Translations under genes and position numbers: made by a program
Shown: positions 11,689-25,500 of the stretch, one piece after another
How positions within the stretch are numbered: the first letter of the stretch is position 1
Layout: each line of letters opens with the position of its first letter
Notes under the pieces: model-generated
Databases searched by the model: none
Seen by the model: the letters and a program-made list of their open reading frames with translations, nothing else
What the model was told of the DNA's origin: nothing
NCBI GenBank assembly: GCA_965202585.1
Contig: OZ241833.1
Span: 42,222,001 to 42,286,000 of the forward strand
Direction of reading: 5' to 3'
From: Thalia democratica
Taxonomy: Eukaryota
DNA: 64,000 nucleotides

Positions 11689-14600
11689 AATTATATTCTA
11701 ATTGAAATCAAAACCATATAATATAATCAGTGAAAAAAAAAATTGTCTTGGTAAACATCTTTAAGTTGTTTCGATATGTTTCTAATGGTTTCTGAAAGGA
11801 CAAGAGTAATATAACTGCTGCTGCAAAAGAAGTTAAGTTAAGAATGAAAATTATATAACTGTAAGACAAAACCTATGTACGAGGAATTAATTCAAGAAAC
11901 CAAAAAATTTAAACACCTATAGTTTTAAATGTTTGAAAAATTAACATACTTTTACAGTAAAGGTAAGTTGAAAGTGACATTCGTCTTGACTTGGTTTTAT
12001 CTTTTTTAATTCACCAGAATTTTTATTAAGTTGCTACACTTAAATATTAAAGAGCTGGTAACTACACTGCTATCATTAAATTCTTATAAAACTTGAGCAT
12101 TTTTTCTTAAAATATATATTAAACTTTTGTTTTAGCAGTTCTTTATTTAATTTATTAATTAATTAAGCTGCTAAAGTATATACAGCTTACAACTTTCAGA
12201 AGTTTCAAAGATACTTACAAAAAAAATGTTTTAGAGCTAGTATTTATAAAATATTACTTAATAATAACAAATTATACAGTATCCTTCTTTTATTACACTG
12301 ACATATGTTTATGTGTGTTAAACGAGTTAACACACTTCAACTGAGCTCTGTAAAAAAATAAATACTGTATAATTTGTTATTATCGAATAATAGTTTCAGT
12401 AACAGTCAGAAGTCTGACTTGAAGACAAAAAAGATTTTATACCAAAACTCTACAAAAACTTCCAATAAAATTAAAAACTGCATTTCATCAAACTGTTTAG
12501 AAAGTTTTTAAACAAATTAACATTTAAAAAAAAACATTTGTTTGTATCAGCTAAATGAATAAAATAAAAATTTATTGCAATTTTTGTTTAAAAATTAAGT
12601 TTATTTTATAAATTTGCAAGTTATATATCTACTTTTGTACACTAAAAAATTTGCTGAATTTACTGAGTTAATAGCTTCGTTAAGTAGTAATAATATTAAG
12701 TAGAAATGTTAGTTTGAACTTTGGTTAATACTATCCTGGATAAAAGACAGTAATTTTAATATTGCGGTCCAAGATATTACTGTCCTTATTAAGTCCTAAA
12801 TAGACGTTAAAAGGTATCAGTAGTGTGCTACTCGATAACCGAAAGGTTCTTCGTGCACCAGGTCCTAGGACCGAATGTTTTAAGACTTTTTTTTATCGTT
12901 TCGTTCAATAAACTATAATATTATTAAATTTTGTAAATTAAAAACTTTAAAATTTTAACACTGACTTGTTGATAAAATTTATTCACAAACAAGAGAAAAA
13001 ATCAAAAACAATATAAACCGCTAAACAATACACCGTCAAACTACCAAACATTTATAGTCTTACATGCTGATTAGAATTATAAAATTTTAAACTCTATAAT
13101 TTCGGATAATCTGCTAAAGTAAAAGTTCTTTAAAATTTGATTAAGCTACATTTAAATAAGTTACTCGAGGAAGAGCAGAACTAAATAAGAAATAATGAAG
13201 TTAAATCTACTCTAAAATAACTTATTTAGTAAACAAAAAAATTATAAACACCTAGATTTTACTATTTAAAAAATCTTATGAATTATTATTAACGTTTTTA
13301 AATTAGTAAAACTATAAGTTTATTAATACTTTTTTTATTTTAAATTCAAGGTTGTCTTAAAGTTATTTTGCGATGATGAGTTTGCTTTATATGAGAATTG
13401 CTTATCTTTTTTACTTGTTGAGTTCAGAGATTTAAACTCTTAGCTGTTCTCAACTGTATTTAAATTTCATTATCATTATTTTGCAATAAATTGTTAAAGC
13501 TATTAATATAAGGCTATTTTTATTAACTTTTAATTTACTAATTTGACATAAACTGTTTTTTTTCATCATTATCTTATCAAGTAAAAACGTTAAGGTATTT
13601 TTTACTTTTTTTAAATGTCAAGTAGTTTATTAAGAATTTAGCCCTTAACATTTTTAATTAGAGTTTAAATGTTAGGCAATTATTAATTATTTAGTTTCTC
13701 ACATATGTTTTCTGTTTTTTTTCTCTCTGCAACAATTAGAACTAAAAAGAAAAACTGTGAAAAAGAAAATATTTTAGGAAGTTTTACTAGTAGCAATTTA
13801 TGATAAACTAAGTAAATGATTTAGTATTTAGAGTTATTTAATAAAAAGTATTTTAAAAATATAAATTTTGTATTTTGAGAACAATAAGACAAATGGAGCA
13901 TTCAAGTTAAAAAATACATAAAAGATTAATACTTGAATGCTTTAAAAAATATAGTTCAGTACTTTTTTTAAACTGACAACTTAACAAAAAGTTTAAGTTT
14001 GTGATTAGTAAAAATCTAAAATCGAATAAGTATTAGAATTGTAAACACTGACTCTATAAATATTTAAAAGTAACATACATGCATAAAAAAAGTTTTCAGT
14101 TTTAAATTACTATTACTTATATTTTTAAACTCGTGCGATATTATTATGGGTTGTATTTTCTCAAAAATAAAGGTAATCGAAAATCTTTAATTTTTTATAG
14201 TATATAGGTAATAACTGAAATAAAAACTTATAATACAGAATAATCCATAAAGTAGTGTAAAAATAAGAATTAAAAAAGTATATAAAATGGTAAATTTAAA
14301 TACAACTTTAAAACGAAGCGTTTAACACAAAAAGCAAAGCCAAAGTGTCAGTAATAAATACTATTGTTTATTGAACGACAAAAGAAATGCGCTCAAAAAA
14401 TTTGGTCTAAGAATGGAACTTTTGGTTATTAAGTCGTTTACAACATGCTTTTAAAACCTTTTATGAGCATATTAAAAATTACCTTTCAAAGTTTATTAAA
14501 CTTTAAAAAATAAAACAAACGATAAAAAGAAAAGAAAACAATAGTTAGCTAAGTAATAGGTTTACTTGGAAAAGTTGTATTTCAAACGAACAAAAACTTG

Positions 14601-17600
14601 TTTGTAAAAATACAAATTAAATCAAAGTCTTAGCCTTAAAAAATAGAACTTTTAAAAATTTTTAGACCTAAAAAATTAACTTATAACGAAATAAACAAGC
14701 AACAATTAGTTATGAAAAAGCGAAGTATCTTCTCTTTAAACTTTGTCAGTAATTCATGCTAATAGTTTGACTATTATTTTTTATTTAGTCATGTGATTAA
14801 AAAAGTTGAACAGATTTATATTTTAATGATAAACAAAACAACTTTGTTACTTTTTAAGTTTGTTAATTCAAACATAAACTAAAATAACTGCTAAAATAGA
14901 AATAACAATAAAGCATTGTTAAACGAAAAAATATTTTACAGTAGATCTAAAAAAATGCAGTAAAGGTATGGTTGTGTTAAAAATGGGCAAAAATCAGTGA
15001 GGATTTGAGAAAGTGGCTGGGTAATTTACTATAAAAGGACAATGTATAATAAAAGGAGGCGATTAATTTTTAAATTTCTATAAAGAGCGCTTGTCAAAAT
15101 TAATTTTATAAATTTTTGTTTGACCTAATTAAACCTGAAATAATTAAACTAACTAAAAACTAAACAAACGTTTTAAAAAATTAGTTATATAGAAAACGTT
15201 TACTTAAACAAAAAGTTTCAAAAGGTTTCAAATAGCTATAATTAATTTGATGTAAGATAAACTTTGTTTAAAACTTACAAGTGTTAATTAACCACTTAAA
15301 ACTAATCTTTGACTATTAGTATTGTTAATTCCGTGCAGTAGTTTGGTTTTACAAACGTTATCAATGAAAAGTTTTTAGTAAAAGTTATGCAATCGAAAAA
15401 TAATATTTTATGTGATAAATTTTGAAGAAGTTTGAAATGGATATTTTTCTCAATTTTTCCTTCAAGAAGTTTGGCTTAGTTGGCTAGAATAAAACAAACA
15501 AAAAAAACATTAAATCTAAATATTTTTTTTAGTTCAAGTGTTTTAAACTTTAACTGCGTTTATGAAATCTAAAAAAAATAAACCAATATATTTAATTTTT
15601 TTTTTAGTTTTTGTTTTGCTGTCAAAGAACTTTTACTATAAAGTCATTTAGACAATAATTGCTACTATACTACATTATTTTGTTCCTTCAATTATTTTGC
15701 TCAAATAACGATTTGGATTAAGTTTGTTGTTGTAATAGTTGCTTTGTGTAAATTTAAACTATAAACTAATAAACTTAAGTAAAAAGTTATCTCATTACTT
15801 GTTACTTGCTCCGACTCTATAGAGTTCTGTTTATAGAAAAAAACTTGATTCAATATTTTTTTGTCATTTAAATTTCTTAAAGTATCTAGTCGAAAACTTA
15901 TCAAACATTTTGTCGTGAAAAGTTCGACTAAACAGCAAATATTAAACTTTTCAACTGGATTTTGGGACCAAAAAAGTTTTAAAACTTTATAGTTTTTTTT
16001 TTGATATAACTATCAGTTATTGGATTTTATTTTGAACTTAAAACATTTGTTTTTGTAAATGCTTTAACTAGGACTTCTAAGCCACAGTGCACCACATATT
16101 AGACTTTAGTAAAAACATAATATTTTGCCTTGCACGAAAACATCTTTTAAACTTATTAAAAAAAATCAGTTTATTAAAAACAGGTTTTGAACATTTTTAA
16201 TTAAACTTCATATCTGATAATACTTCTGATTTTGTTTTGTATTACATATAAAAACAATGTAAGTTAATACTGTAATGACGAAAGAAAAATTAAAATTTGT
16301 AAGCTTTCGATATAGCGCAAGAAAATACTGTTAAAAACTAAGGTATTAGTAAAAAAGTCAACAATACTTATATATATTGTTTATTGAACGATAAAAAAAA
16401 AGCGCTAAAAAAGTTTGGTCTAAGAACCTGGTGTACAAAGGATCCTTTCGGTTATCGAGTCGTACACCACTTATTAGAATTCTACTTTACTTATGAGATC
16501 TTCTTCTTTAGTAGCAAAACTTAAACATATTTTCCTAATTTTTATAAAAGTTTTTACTTCAAAATTTAAGTTCTTCAAAAAAAAAAGTGTTTTAATTAAA
16601 AAAAAACATTGTGAAATAGTTATTTATTAAACGAAATCTGTTTAACAAATTTTTTTTTTAAGTAGTTACTTAAAAGAAAAATAATAGCATTAAAATTTAA
16701 TGTTTTAAAAAGATTTTTAAACTTATTTATATACCATTTGCAATTAATTATATAGAAATTACTCATTTTAATTTTATAGTTTAAACTAGTTATTTAAACT
16801 CTATTAATAACCTTTTTTTAAATTCAATGACCATTTACAGCATTAAAATGAAACTAGTACAGTTTTAAAAACGTTTGTGAAGTAAAATATAAAATAAAAG
16901 TGAGTAATTTCTATATACTTTGTTGCAAATGGTATTTTGTATACAATACCACTTTTAATAACTAATTAAAAAAAAAGTGTTTCAACTTGTACAAATGATA
17001 GCCAAGTGTTAAATATAACTAGTTTACATTTAAAATAAAAGTGATTATTAATAATCAATTAATAATTAAAAAGCAAACCTGCCTTTTAGTTTTTAAATTT
17101 AAGTGCTTAAAATAAATGCACTTTATCGAAAAAAGTTTAAAAAATTAAACTAACTTCATGAAATACTTGAACTTTTTTTCAATTTATAAATGTATATATC
17201 AAAAGAATATTAATACTGCAAACCATGTATAAATTATAATATAGTTTAAAATGTCATTTAGAAAGCATTAGAAACAAAAATAAAGTTTATAATTAGATTT
17301 TTATAAAATTTGGGTAAAAAATTCTAATAGAGGATTTGTTGCAAACACTTTAAATAGCATTTTTTATTGTCTTATCTACGTTTAGCCAAAATAATATTCT
17401 ATTTTTCTTGAAGATAAACCAAATCTTGAATTCTAAACTAAATTAATTTCTTTTCAATCAATACATTATTTTTTTGTTTTAACAAAATTTTTTTTGTTGT
17501 TTAAAAATAACCAAAACAGTTTTTATATTTTGCAAAAGCCTCCTTTTAAGAGCAATTTTGTTATTGTGACGATAAAAATATTGTGATTTTTACAATTTCA

Positions 17601-19109
17601 ATAAAAATGTTTAAAAATTATCATTTATATATTTTTCCATAAAAAAACTTTAGAGAAAAAAAAATATTGATACTAAAAAAACAACAGTTTTGTTTTAAAA
17701 CCGTAATTTAATTCTTTAGACTGGTGTAAAAAACGCGCCTATTTCGATTTTAATATAAGTTTTTCAATTTCGTTGACTTATGTTATAATTTTCTCTTTTT
17801 ATTTTATCTTTTATTGTCCCATTAGCCAAAAGTAAAATTTTGCAACAAAAATTATTTGTATAATACCACTAGGTGAAGTCTGAGTCTTTGTTTCTTTATT
17901 ATAGTATACATATGTTCTCTGTTCAAAATGGCAGATTTTTTGTAACTAAATTGGCTTTTTTCTTAAATTCCACTGGCTAAAATTTTTAGCCAAACTTTCT
18001 TATGATATTTCTGATGAAATCTGGAAATCAATTGGCTGATATTTAAAAAAAATATACTGTGCTTTCAAATTGAACTGAGGTAAACTTTATGCAACATGGA
18101 CAATGCAGATGCAGTTCATTTTAATTATAGTAAAACCAAGTTTTATGATGGGTACATAAGAAAACCAAACTTTAAAAAGGCAAAGCAGAAAAATGATCCA
18201 AGGTAAGTGTTTGGTGTGAAAAAGTCACAAGTTGCTGTTGTTTAAATGTAGTAGGCTTTTACTGTTCAGTGTCAGTAATGTAACAAGTGTTGGTGCAATG
18301 CTTGAAGTAAATCACAATCACATACATTGGACTAAATTAGCTACTAGTCAATGTTTTTAAGTAATTTTTATTGTGATAGTCATGTGATGTGTATATTTAA
18401 CTGAGCTAGATTTCCAAAGTATTTCAAGCTTTCATCATTGTTTTACATATAAAAACATCAATAATTAAGCATTTGAATATATTAAGCAATAACCAGAAAT
18501 TAAATAGTTTTATTTATATAAATTAACTTTAGTATTGAACTGTTTTTGTCAAAATTTGAACCCTGTATCTGTCTTCTTTCTTAGAAATATTTATAGTTTT
18601 TGTGGTTCTTAAAGAAAAAAGGAAATATAAGTTCTAATGTGTTAAACTGGAATATATAAAATATTAAAAATGTTTTAAATCATGTTGATATGTTACCAGT
18701 TATTTTTATATCTATGATATTTAAGCTTTTATAGCAAATGACATCCACACCATTGCTTTTTCCAATTTATGCATACACCTATTGAACAGTTGTTAGTTTA
18801 TACATTTTAAAATTTAAGTAGCTCTTGTGTATATCTTTTATATAATTTTACTTATTAATTTGATGGCATTATGATAATTTTGTAGTTTATAACCATATTT
18901 AAAGTTTTCTCTTGTTTTCATACTTGACTTAATTGACCACATTTTGATTTAATTTTACAATTTAGTTGATTTTCTTGACTAAAATTAATAGGCAACATGA
19001 TCATGAAATTGATTAAATAATATGACGTTCAATCAATTTTATTCAATTATGTTTAAATTAAATTGTCTTCTTGAAGTCGCTCTACCATATCCAAATGCTG
19101 GTAAGAAAT

Positions 19110-19387
19110 TAAGGTATGTATATTGTAACCATACAAGCTTATCAGATGAATTTTACATACATTAAAAAAAAATAATCAAATAAAAATTATATGACTTTTA
19201 ACAAAAAGTAAAACTTTTATTTTTTTTTATAAATTTTTATTTTTTATATTTTAAAAAATTTGTTCTGACAGAATTTTCTTAACATTACTGGAACATTTCC
19301 TGAAAGTCAGAGGCATTTATCTCAAAAAATTTAGGAGTAGATAGTTTTTTGGTCTTTTTGCAGTTTTAGTTTGCACCACCCACATAT

Positions 19388-19419
<32 letters not shown>

Positions 19420-19563
19420 GTTGCCTCTGACTTTGATCTGCTATAACTGAAATTATTTATTGAATTTTCAAAATCTGTAAAAAGCTTCTTGTAGCTTAAT
19501 TAAAACTATATAAAATAAGCTAAAATTGTGAAAAAAGTGATTTACCCCTTCCCCTATACCCTT
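19110..19563. mobile_element. Decayed copy of the Kolobok-like MITE
   Basis: Shares internal blocks (GGAGTAGATAG, TGACTTTGA.CTGCT.TA.CT, GTAGCTT..TAAAACT.TATAAAATAAG) and the right end CCCCTTCCCTATACCCTTA with 5963-6664. Confidence 0.6.
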
Positions 19564-20168
19564 ATCAACCATCACATTATCATAATGACATTTGAATTTT
19601 TTGAAAATCTTATAATGACTAAATAAATGTCATAAAATTTTTAAGTATATGTTGATGCCACTTGGGCTAAAATTATGAAATGTTAAAATACCACTCTATT
19701 AAAGTTGTGGTTGATAATGATCAGTTTTTAAGAACTGACAGGGTTGCAAAAATACATGGAATTTTACAATTAGACAAAAAAAATTTGAAAAAACCTGGAT
19801 TTTGAGAAAGTTTGAAAAGAAACCTGGAGTTTTCAACAAAAATCACTAAAAAGCTTGGAAAAATTTGAAATTTTGATTAATTTTTCATGTACAATAATAA
19901 ACTTGAGAATTGATATGAAAAATTTATCATTAGCAATATTTTTATTTGGTTTAATTTATTTGGTTTTATTATATAACACATTTAGGTAGCATACAGTATC
20001 TATTCAATTTTGTTGTTTAAAACCTTTATTTTACTTCATGCAAGATTTCACTTAAAATTTGTACTTTAAAAAACCTGGAAGAAAATTAGAAAACCTAGAT
20101 TTGAAGACCTTTGGTAATGCCAGAATTGAAGAGTTTCAAAGTGTTAAGAGCCAAAAATTAGTATAAGT

Positions 20169-20538
20169 TAGGGTTGTCACTTTACCTGGAAAAACCTGGA
20201 ACTTGACAATTTAGGCAAATAAAAACCTGGAAAAACATGGAATTTTGTACAAAAAACCTGGAATTATATCAATTTTTACATGATTAGTAATAAAATTTGG
20301 TTTTGACTCAAAAATCTATTATTAAAGTAAAAAAAAAATTGTCATCATCAGATTTTTTCATTAAAAAACACATTTAAAGTAGCTTTACAGTATCTTTTCA
20401 ATGTTTTTATACTAATTTGCACAGTTTCTTATCTTAAACTAAACTTCAAATTAAAATAAAAAATGTGTACTTATAAAAACCTGTAAGATGTTTGGATAAC
20501 CTGGAATTTTTTTTTTGTGAAAACTAGTGGCAACCCTG
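20169..20538. mobile_element. MITE with CAGGGTTGCCAC-type TIRs and 6-bp TSD (hAT-like)
   Basis: ATAAGT|TAGGGTTGTCAC...GTGGCAACCCTG|ATAAGT; internal AAAACCTGGAA repeats. Confidence 0.8.
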
Positions 20539-21295
20539 ATAAGTTTTGAGCTGAAAAGTGTGTAAGAATGTAATTTAATGTAAACAGGGTTGCTGCATAC
20601 TCTGACTATTCAAACTGGTTAGTAATTTTATTTACTCAGGCCAATTTAAATTAGTTATAACTTTTTTTTAAACTCAGCCTTTTTTTTCTTTTAACTTGGA
20701 ATAGTTAAAAAATGTTTTCTAAAGATCAGGGTTTTTTTGGAAATATTTTGGTGATTTGAGGTATTAACTTTCTTTATCTACAACTATTTTTCAGTTATTG
20801 GCTAATGTTTCCTTTTTTTAACTTTTTTGTATACTAAGGTAGCTTGTTCAAACTCAAGCTTTTTTGTCTCAAAGAATGGCAATCTTGTATTTCCTGGAAA
20901 TCATTAGTTTTCATTAATATGCCAAGTTTTAAAATTGTGTTTTTTTAGCATATTCAATCTATTTTCTGTTGATGCGGCTAAATCAGTTTGATTATACTGA
21001 TACAAATTACCACATACTCTTTACAATGATATTTTGTTTTAATGTTTTACTTATTTAAAGGAAATAAAATGTTCACAATAGTAATATAGTCAAATAGTTT
21101 TTAGTAGGGTTAGACAAATTTTGTTCCTGCAAGTTAGATTTGGCAAAACAAGTCTTTTATGGGCTGTACTTGTTAAAAAAATTCTTAAGAAAACAAAGTT
21201 GTGGTTATTTTATAAATGCTATGGTGAATTAAATAACAAGTTATAGCATATTTTCAAACAGTTAAGTTAAAAATGTTCAACATTGTTTGATTTGC

Positions 21296-21671
21296 CAGCG
21301 TTGCCACACATGCCGGATAACTCAGGACAGCTTGGGGTAACTCATGATGTTATGATTTATTTTTTTAGACTCAGGCTGACTCAGTGTAGTATTGTTTATT
21401 ATAAAAAACTCCATATAGTTGTAAGGTTTTTTAAAATCCCAGGACTCATTTATTTTTTAGATTTAAAATGAGCTTAAATTGATATAATTTCCATAGTTTG
21501 TTCTTCTATAACCAATTTTGTTGAGATATTAGATTTTTATTATATTTTGAAAAGTCAAACAGACTTTTTAAAAGATAAAAAAAACTCAGAATGTCTTGGA
21601 CAGTTTATAGTCACTTATGATTTATTTTGGTCACCCAGGACACTTTTTTGACTAAAAGAGTGGCAACCATG
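21296..21671. mobile_element. MITE remnant with CAG(C/G)GTTGCCAC-type TIRs but a different interior
   Basis: CAGCGTTGCCAC...GTGGCAACCATG; internal CCCAGGAC/ACTCAGG repeats; no TSD. Confidence 0.5.
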
Positions 21672-22566
21672 ACTGAACAACATGTTTTCAAACTCAAAAA
21701 TGTATTACAGGCCACAGGTTTTTATTGGCCTAGGACTGAATGTTTTTAAATGGAAAATTCCATATGTACCCTAAAATTTTTCAAAAATTTATTTATTTTG
21801 AAGGTTAAGTGGGGGTAGAGGGTATTAAGCTTTTGAATATAAATCATGAAATATGCATACTGAATATAAAAATTTCATTTAATTGTTGAGAGATAATCAG
21901 TTTTTAAAAAGATTTCAATTAAGTGTATGAAAAAAAATCTATAAATCAGTTTTTCTAAAACTAACTTAAAATCTATCTTTTACTAGATTTTTAAAGCAAG
22001 GACCTTTAAGTTTTAGGTAATGCTTTTGGAAACATAGTTGAACGTAAAACAGAATTAATAAAATAAACTTAATTAACATGTGTAGTTGTTATATGTTGTA
22101 TATACTAAATAAAAAACAAAAAACTTTTTTGTTAATGTATATATATATAATAAATATTATCAAGTCAAAAACTGAGTTATAAATATTGTATTTACACAAT
22201 TAGGAAATACTCGAAATTTCACACAAATCTAGCAAATACAAATTTAAGTTAATGTTGAGTTATAGACAGCAAATATAATTAATATTTAAATATATTTATT
22301 TACAAGTTATGTTGAAAACATATACAAATATGTTTATAATAACAATGTTTGACAGAAATAATTTATATTAACATATACTTTAAGTAACTTAAGAAAAAGT
22401 TCTAAATAAATTTAAGGTTTAAAAACTGAATACGCATATAAGCACTGTATAAGTGTCTAACTAAATTTTCAAACTATTTAATATGAAATAAATATATGTT
22501 TATGATAATAATGTTTGGCAGAAGTAGTTCACATTTAATATCTAAAATATTTTACACAAAATAACT

Positions 22567-25500
22567 ATGGATGACGACTGGACACCATCATCAGAAAAGA
22601 AGAAAAGGAAACCTAAAAAACTTTCCAATGAAACGTACTGATATTTACTTGTTTTTGTTAAAATACTTTTTTGTGATACAGCAGAATGACAAACTAATCA
22701 TTCTCCTTTCAACTTGCATCCAACATGGATTATTTAGTGCGGTCCACTTAAGTATAGAATGAGTTCTTTTAAAACGGGGTTGCTACTTTACCTGGAAACC
22801 TGGATATTGACAATATAAACAAAAAAAAAACCTGGAAAAACCTAGAAATTTGAAGAAAAATCACTTAAAAACGTGAAATTTTAAACAATTTTTACATGTT
22901 AAGTATACATTGATTTGACACAAAAAATCTACGATTACAGTAACTTTTTTTCTCATCATCAAATTTTTTTAATTAAAAAACACATTACAAGTAGCTTTAC
23001 AGTATCTTATCAATGTTTTTATACTATTTAGCACAGTTTTTTACCTTAAAATTAATTTGAAACTAAAAATAGACCCAAAAACAAGTACTTAAAAAACCTG
23101 AAAGAAGTTTTTAAAACCTGGAGAAAATTTGCCAAAAGTCAGTGCAACCCTGTTAATATGGTTTTGAGTTTATTTTTTTTAACCTGGGTCAAAAACTGCT
23201 TAGTCTATATCTTTTTGTTATAATAAATGTGCAAAGAAAAAAACAATTAACTTGATGGCTTGGTTTAAAAAAATTTCAATTAATTTGAACTTATGTTTTT
23301 AAGACAATTTATTTTGAATGAAAGCTATATTTAAAAGATACAGAGGACTCAAGTAATACTATAAACTACATAAGTTAATTTTAGAAAAAGTAACTCTTCA
23401 TTACCCATTTGGTACCTAGAACAATTTAATTAAGCCAGTTAATTCTCAATAGTTTATTGAATGTTTTTTGAGAATAACTTAAGTATAGATTAATTCAACT
23501 GTATTTAAATAATTTTTTTTAGAATTTAAATAATCTAAATATAACAATAATAAGATCAGGCATTCATTATCAAGTCTTTGTTTGTCTTCTTAATTTAATG
23601 TTGTTAAACGTAAACATTGAGAGCATGCCTGCTTGATTTTTGTGTCAAATGCTTCATTTGTTCAATTTTTTTAACTCACTTTTTAATAATTAAAAAAAAA
23701 TTAAGCTGTTAAAAATTGCATTATAAGTTTTAGTATTGTTTACTTTTTAATGATCTTTTTAAAAAATGCTTGTAAAATGGTTTAAATTTATTAATTTAAC
23801 ATTAATTTAATTAAATTCAGTTAATAACTTAGAATTTACGACACAACCATTAAACGTTTTAGATTTTGTCCATAAATATCCAAATTCCTAAATCAATAAC
23901 ACTAATTCCACCAATTTGTAGTATTATTAAGCAAAACTTTTTTCTTTTGTACTTTATGACTGTAAAGCGCCAAGAGGATGGCGAAAAAAGAAAAGGCCAC
24001 GAAGGGCAGCAAAAAGAAGGAGAAGAAAACCCCAAAGGTGAAAAAACCTAAAAAGGAAAAGAAGGAGAAGAAAACGACGGCCAAGAAGCAGCTGAAGATG
24101 GTCCTGGACAAGGACGACGCTTTCGAGGTCGACTACGACTCTTACGAGGAAGAGCTTGCTTCTGATGTTTGTTTTGGTTTTGATTAGATAAATTATAAAT
24201 AAATTAATTAAAAAGTGTATAGTGAAATATATGTAGGCTTTAAAATAAATGTAATTGGCTTTTGAAAGCTTAGAGTTTATTATGTGAAGTTCACATGGTC
24301 TCGACTCTTACAAGGAGCCTCAAGCTTCTTTTTTAAAAGGAGTTTGTTTAATGTTGTTTTTAAATGTAAAAAAAAAATAAAGTGGTTAACTTGGTTCAAT
24401 GTATAGCTACGTTTAAGTTTTCTGTTTAAATCCAGAGACACTATTAGAATACAAATAAGAGAGACACTTATAATTTAAGTATAGGTAGTTAGTAGTATGA
24501 AACTTTTGGTAACTTTTATACAAATAAAAATAATCAATCCTCGTTAAAAATATAATAATAATAAGTTTAAAGAATAATAAATGCATTTTAGCTTCAATTT
24601 AAACTATAATTCGTGTTGTCTACAGGATATGTAAAACTTTTAACTTAAAAAAACAAGTCAATTTTATAAAGTGTGTCTCAGCACAAATTGAAGTTATATT
24701 TTCCAGGAAATGTCAAACTACTCAGACGAGAGAAACAAGGAGCTGGAACAACTTTTGTCTGACGAAGAACTGGAGTCTGATGGCGGGGAAATTTACAGTG
24801 ATTTCGACAACGGTTGGTTGTTTGATATTTTGTAAAAAATTATATATATTTTGTCACTCAGATCGTCCTAGTGTGTCAAAATTTATTTATTTTACTTTTT
24901 TTGACATATAAATAAAAATGGTATGTTATATATATCGAAATATATATTTCTTTTCAAAATTAAAATTAGGTAGGGAAATTTACAGTGATTTTGACAATGG
25001 TTGGTTGTTTGATATATTGTAAAATCTAAAACTAATTAATGTTAATATATTAGTTTTTTAATAGTTTTTGTTTGTACATAGTATGTTAATAAACATGGTG
25101 TTTTGTATAAATATATTTTATTGTTTGTGGTATAATCATATATATCACTTACTCAGTACATTACTCGAACAGTATATTTATACACCACAATCAAATTACA
25201 CCAAATTTATGCAGAATTTTATATTAGGAATAGCATTGATCATGCAGATTGGTATGCGTGAATAACATATCTTACGTACACAAAATATTATATTAGATTA
25301 TTTATTCATGCAGACTCGTATTCCGACGACTTGTTTGACCCCGACGACAAAGACCTGCCTCCCTTGCATCTGCCGCCCACTAGCGAGGACCTTTTGATAC
25401 CCAACAACCAGCTTATGGGTGCCATGAACATTTTCGAGGTAAATTTACACATTGATGTTTGAAGTGGTTTAAAACTTGAATTATGTGTAATGTATACTGT

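Noticed and set aside
15701-15904. Short ORFs in the 9-22 kb intergenic region (e.g. 9330-9548, 15701-15904, 21283-21471)
   Set aside because: AT-rich codon use unlike real exons here, no recognisable motifs and no splice-phase partners.
17700-19115. Possible BPTF promoter and non-coding 5' exons (CGCG-containing patch, CAAAATGGC, donor-like AAG/GTAAG at 18202)
   Set aside because: Plausible but unsupported without transcript data; the donor-like site near 19111 coincides with a MITE end.
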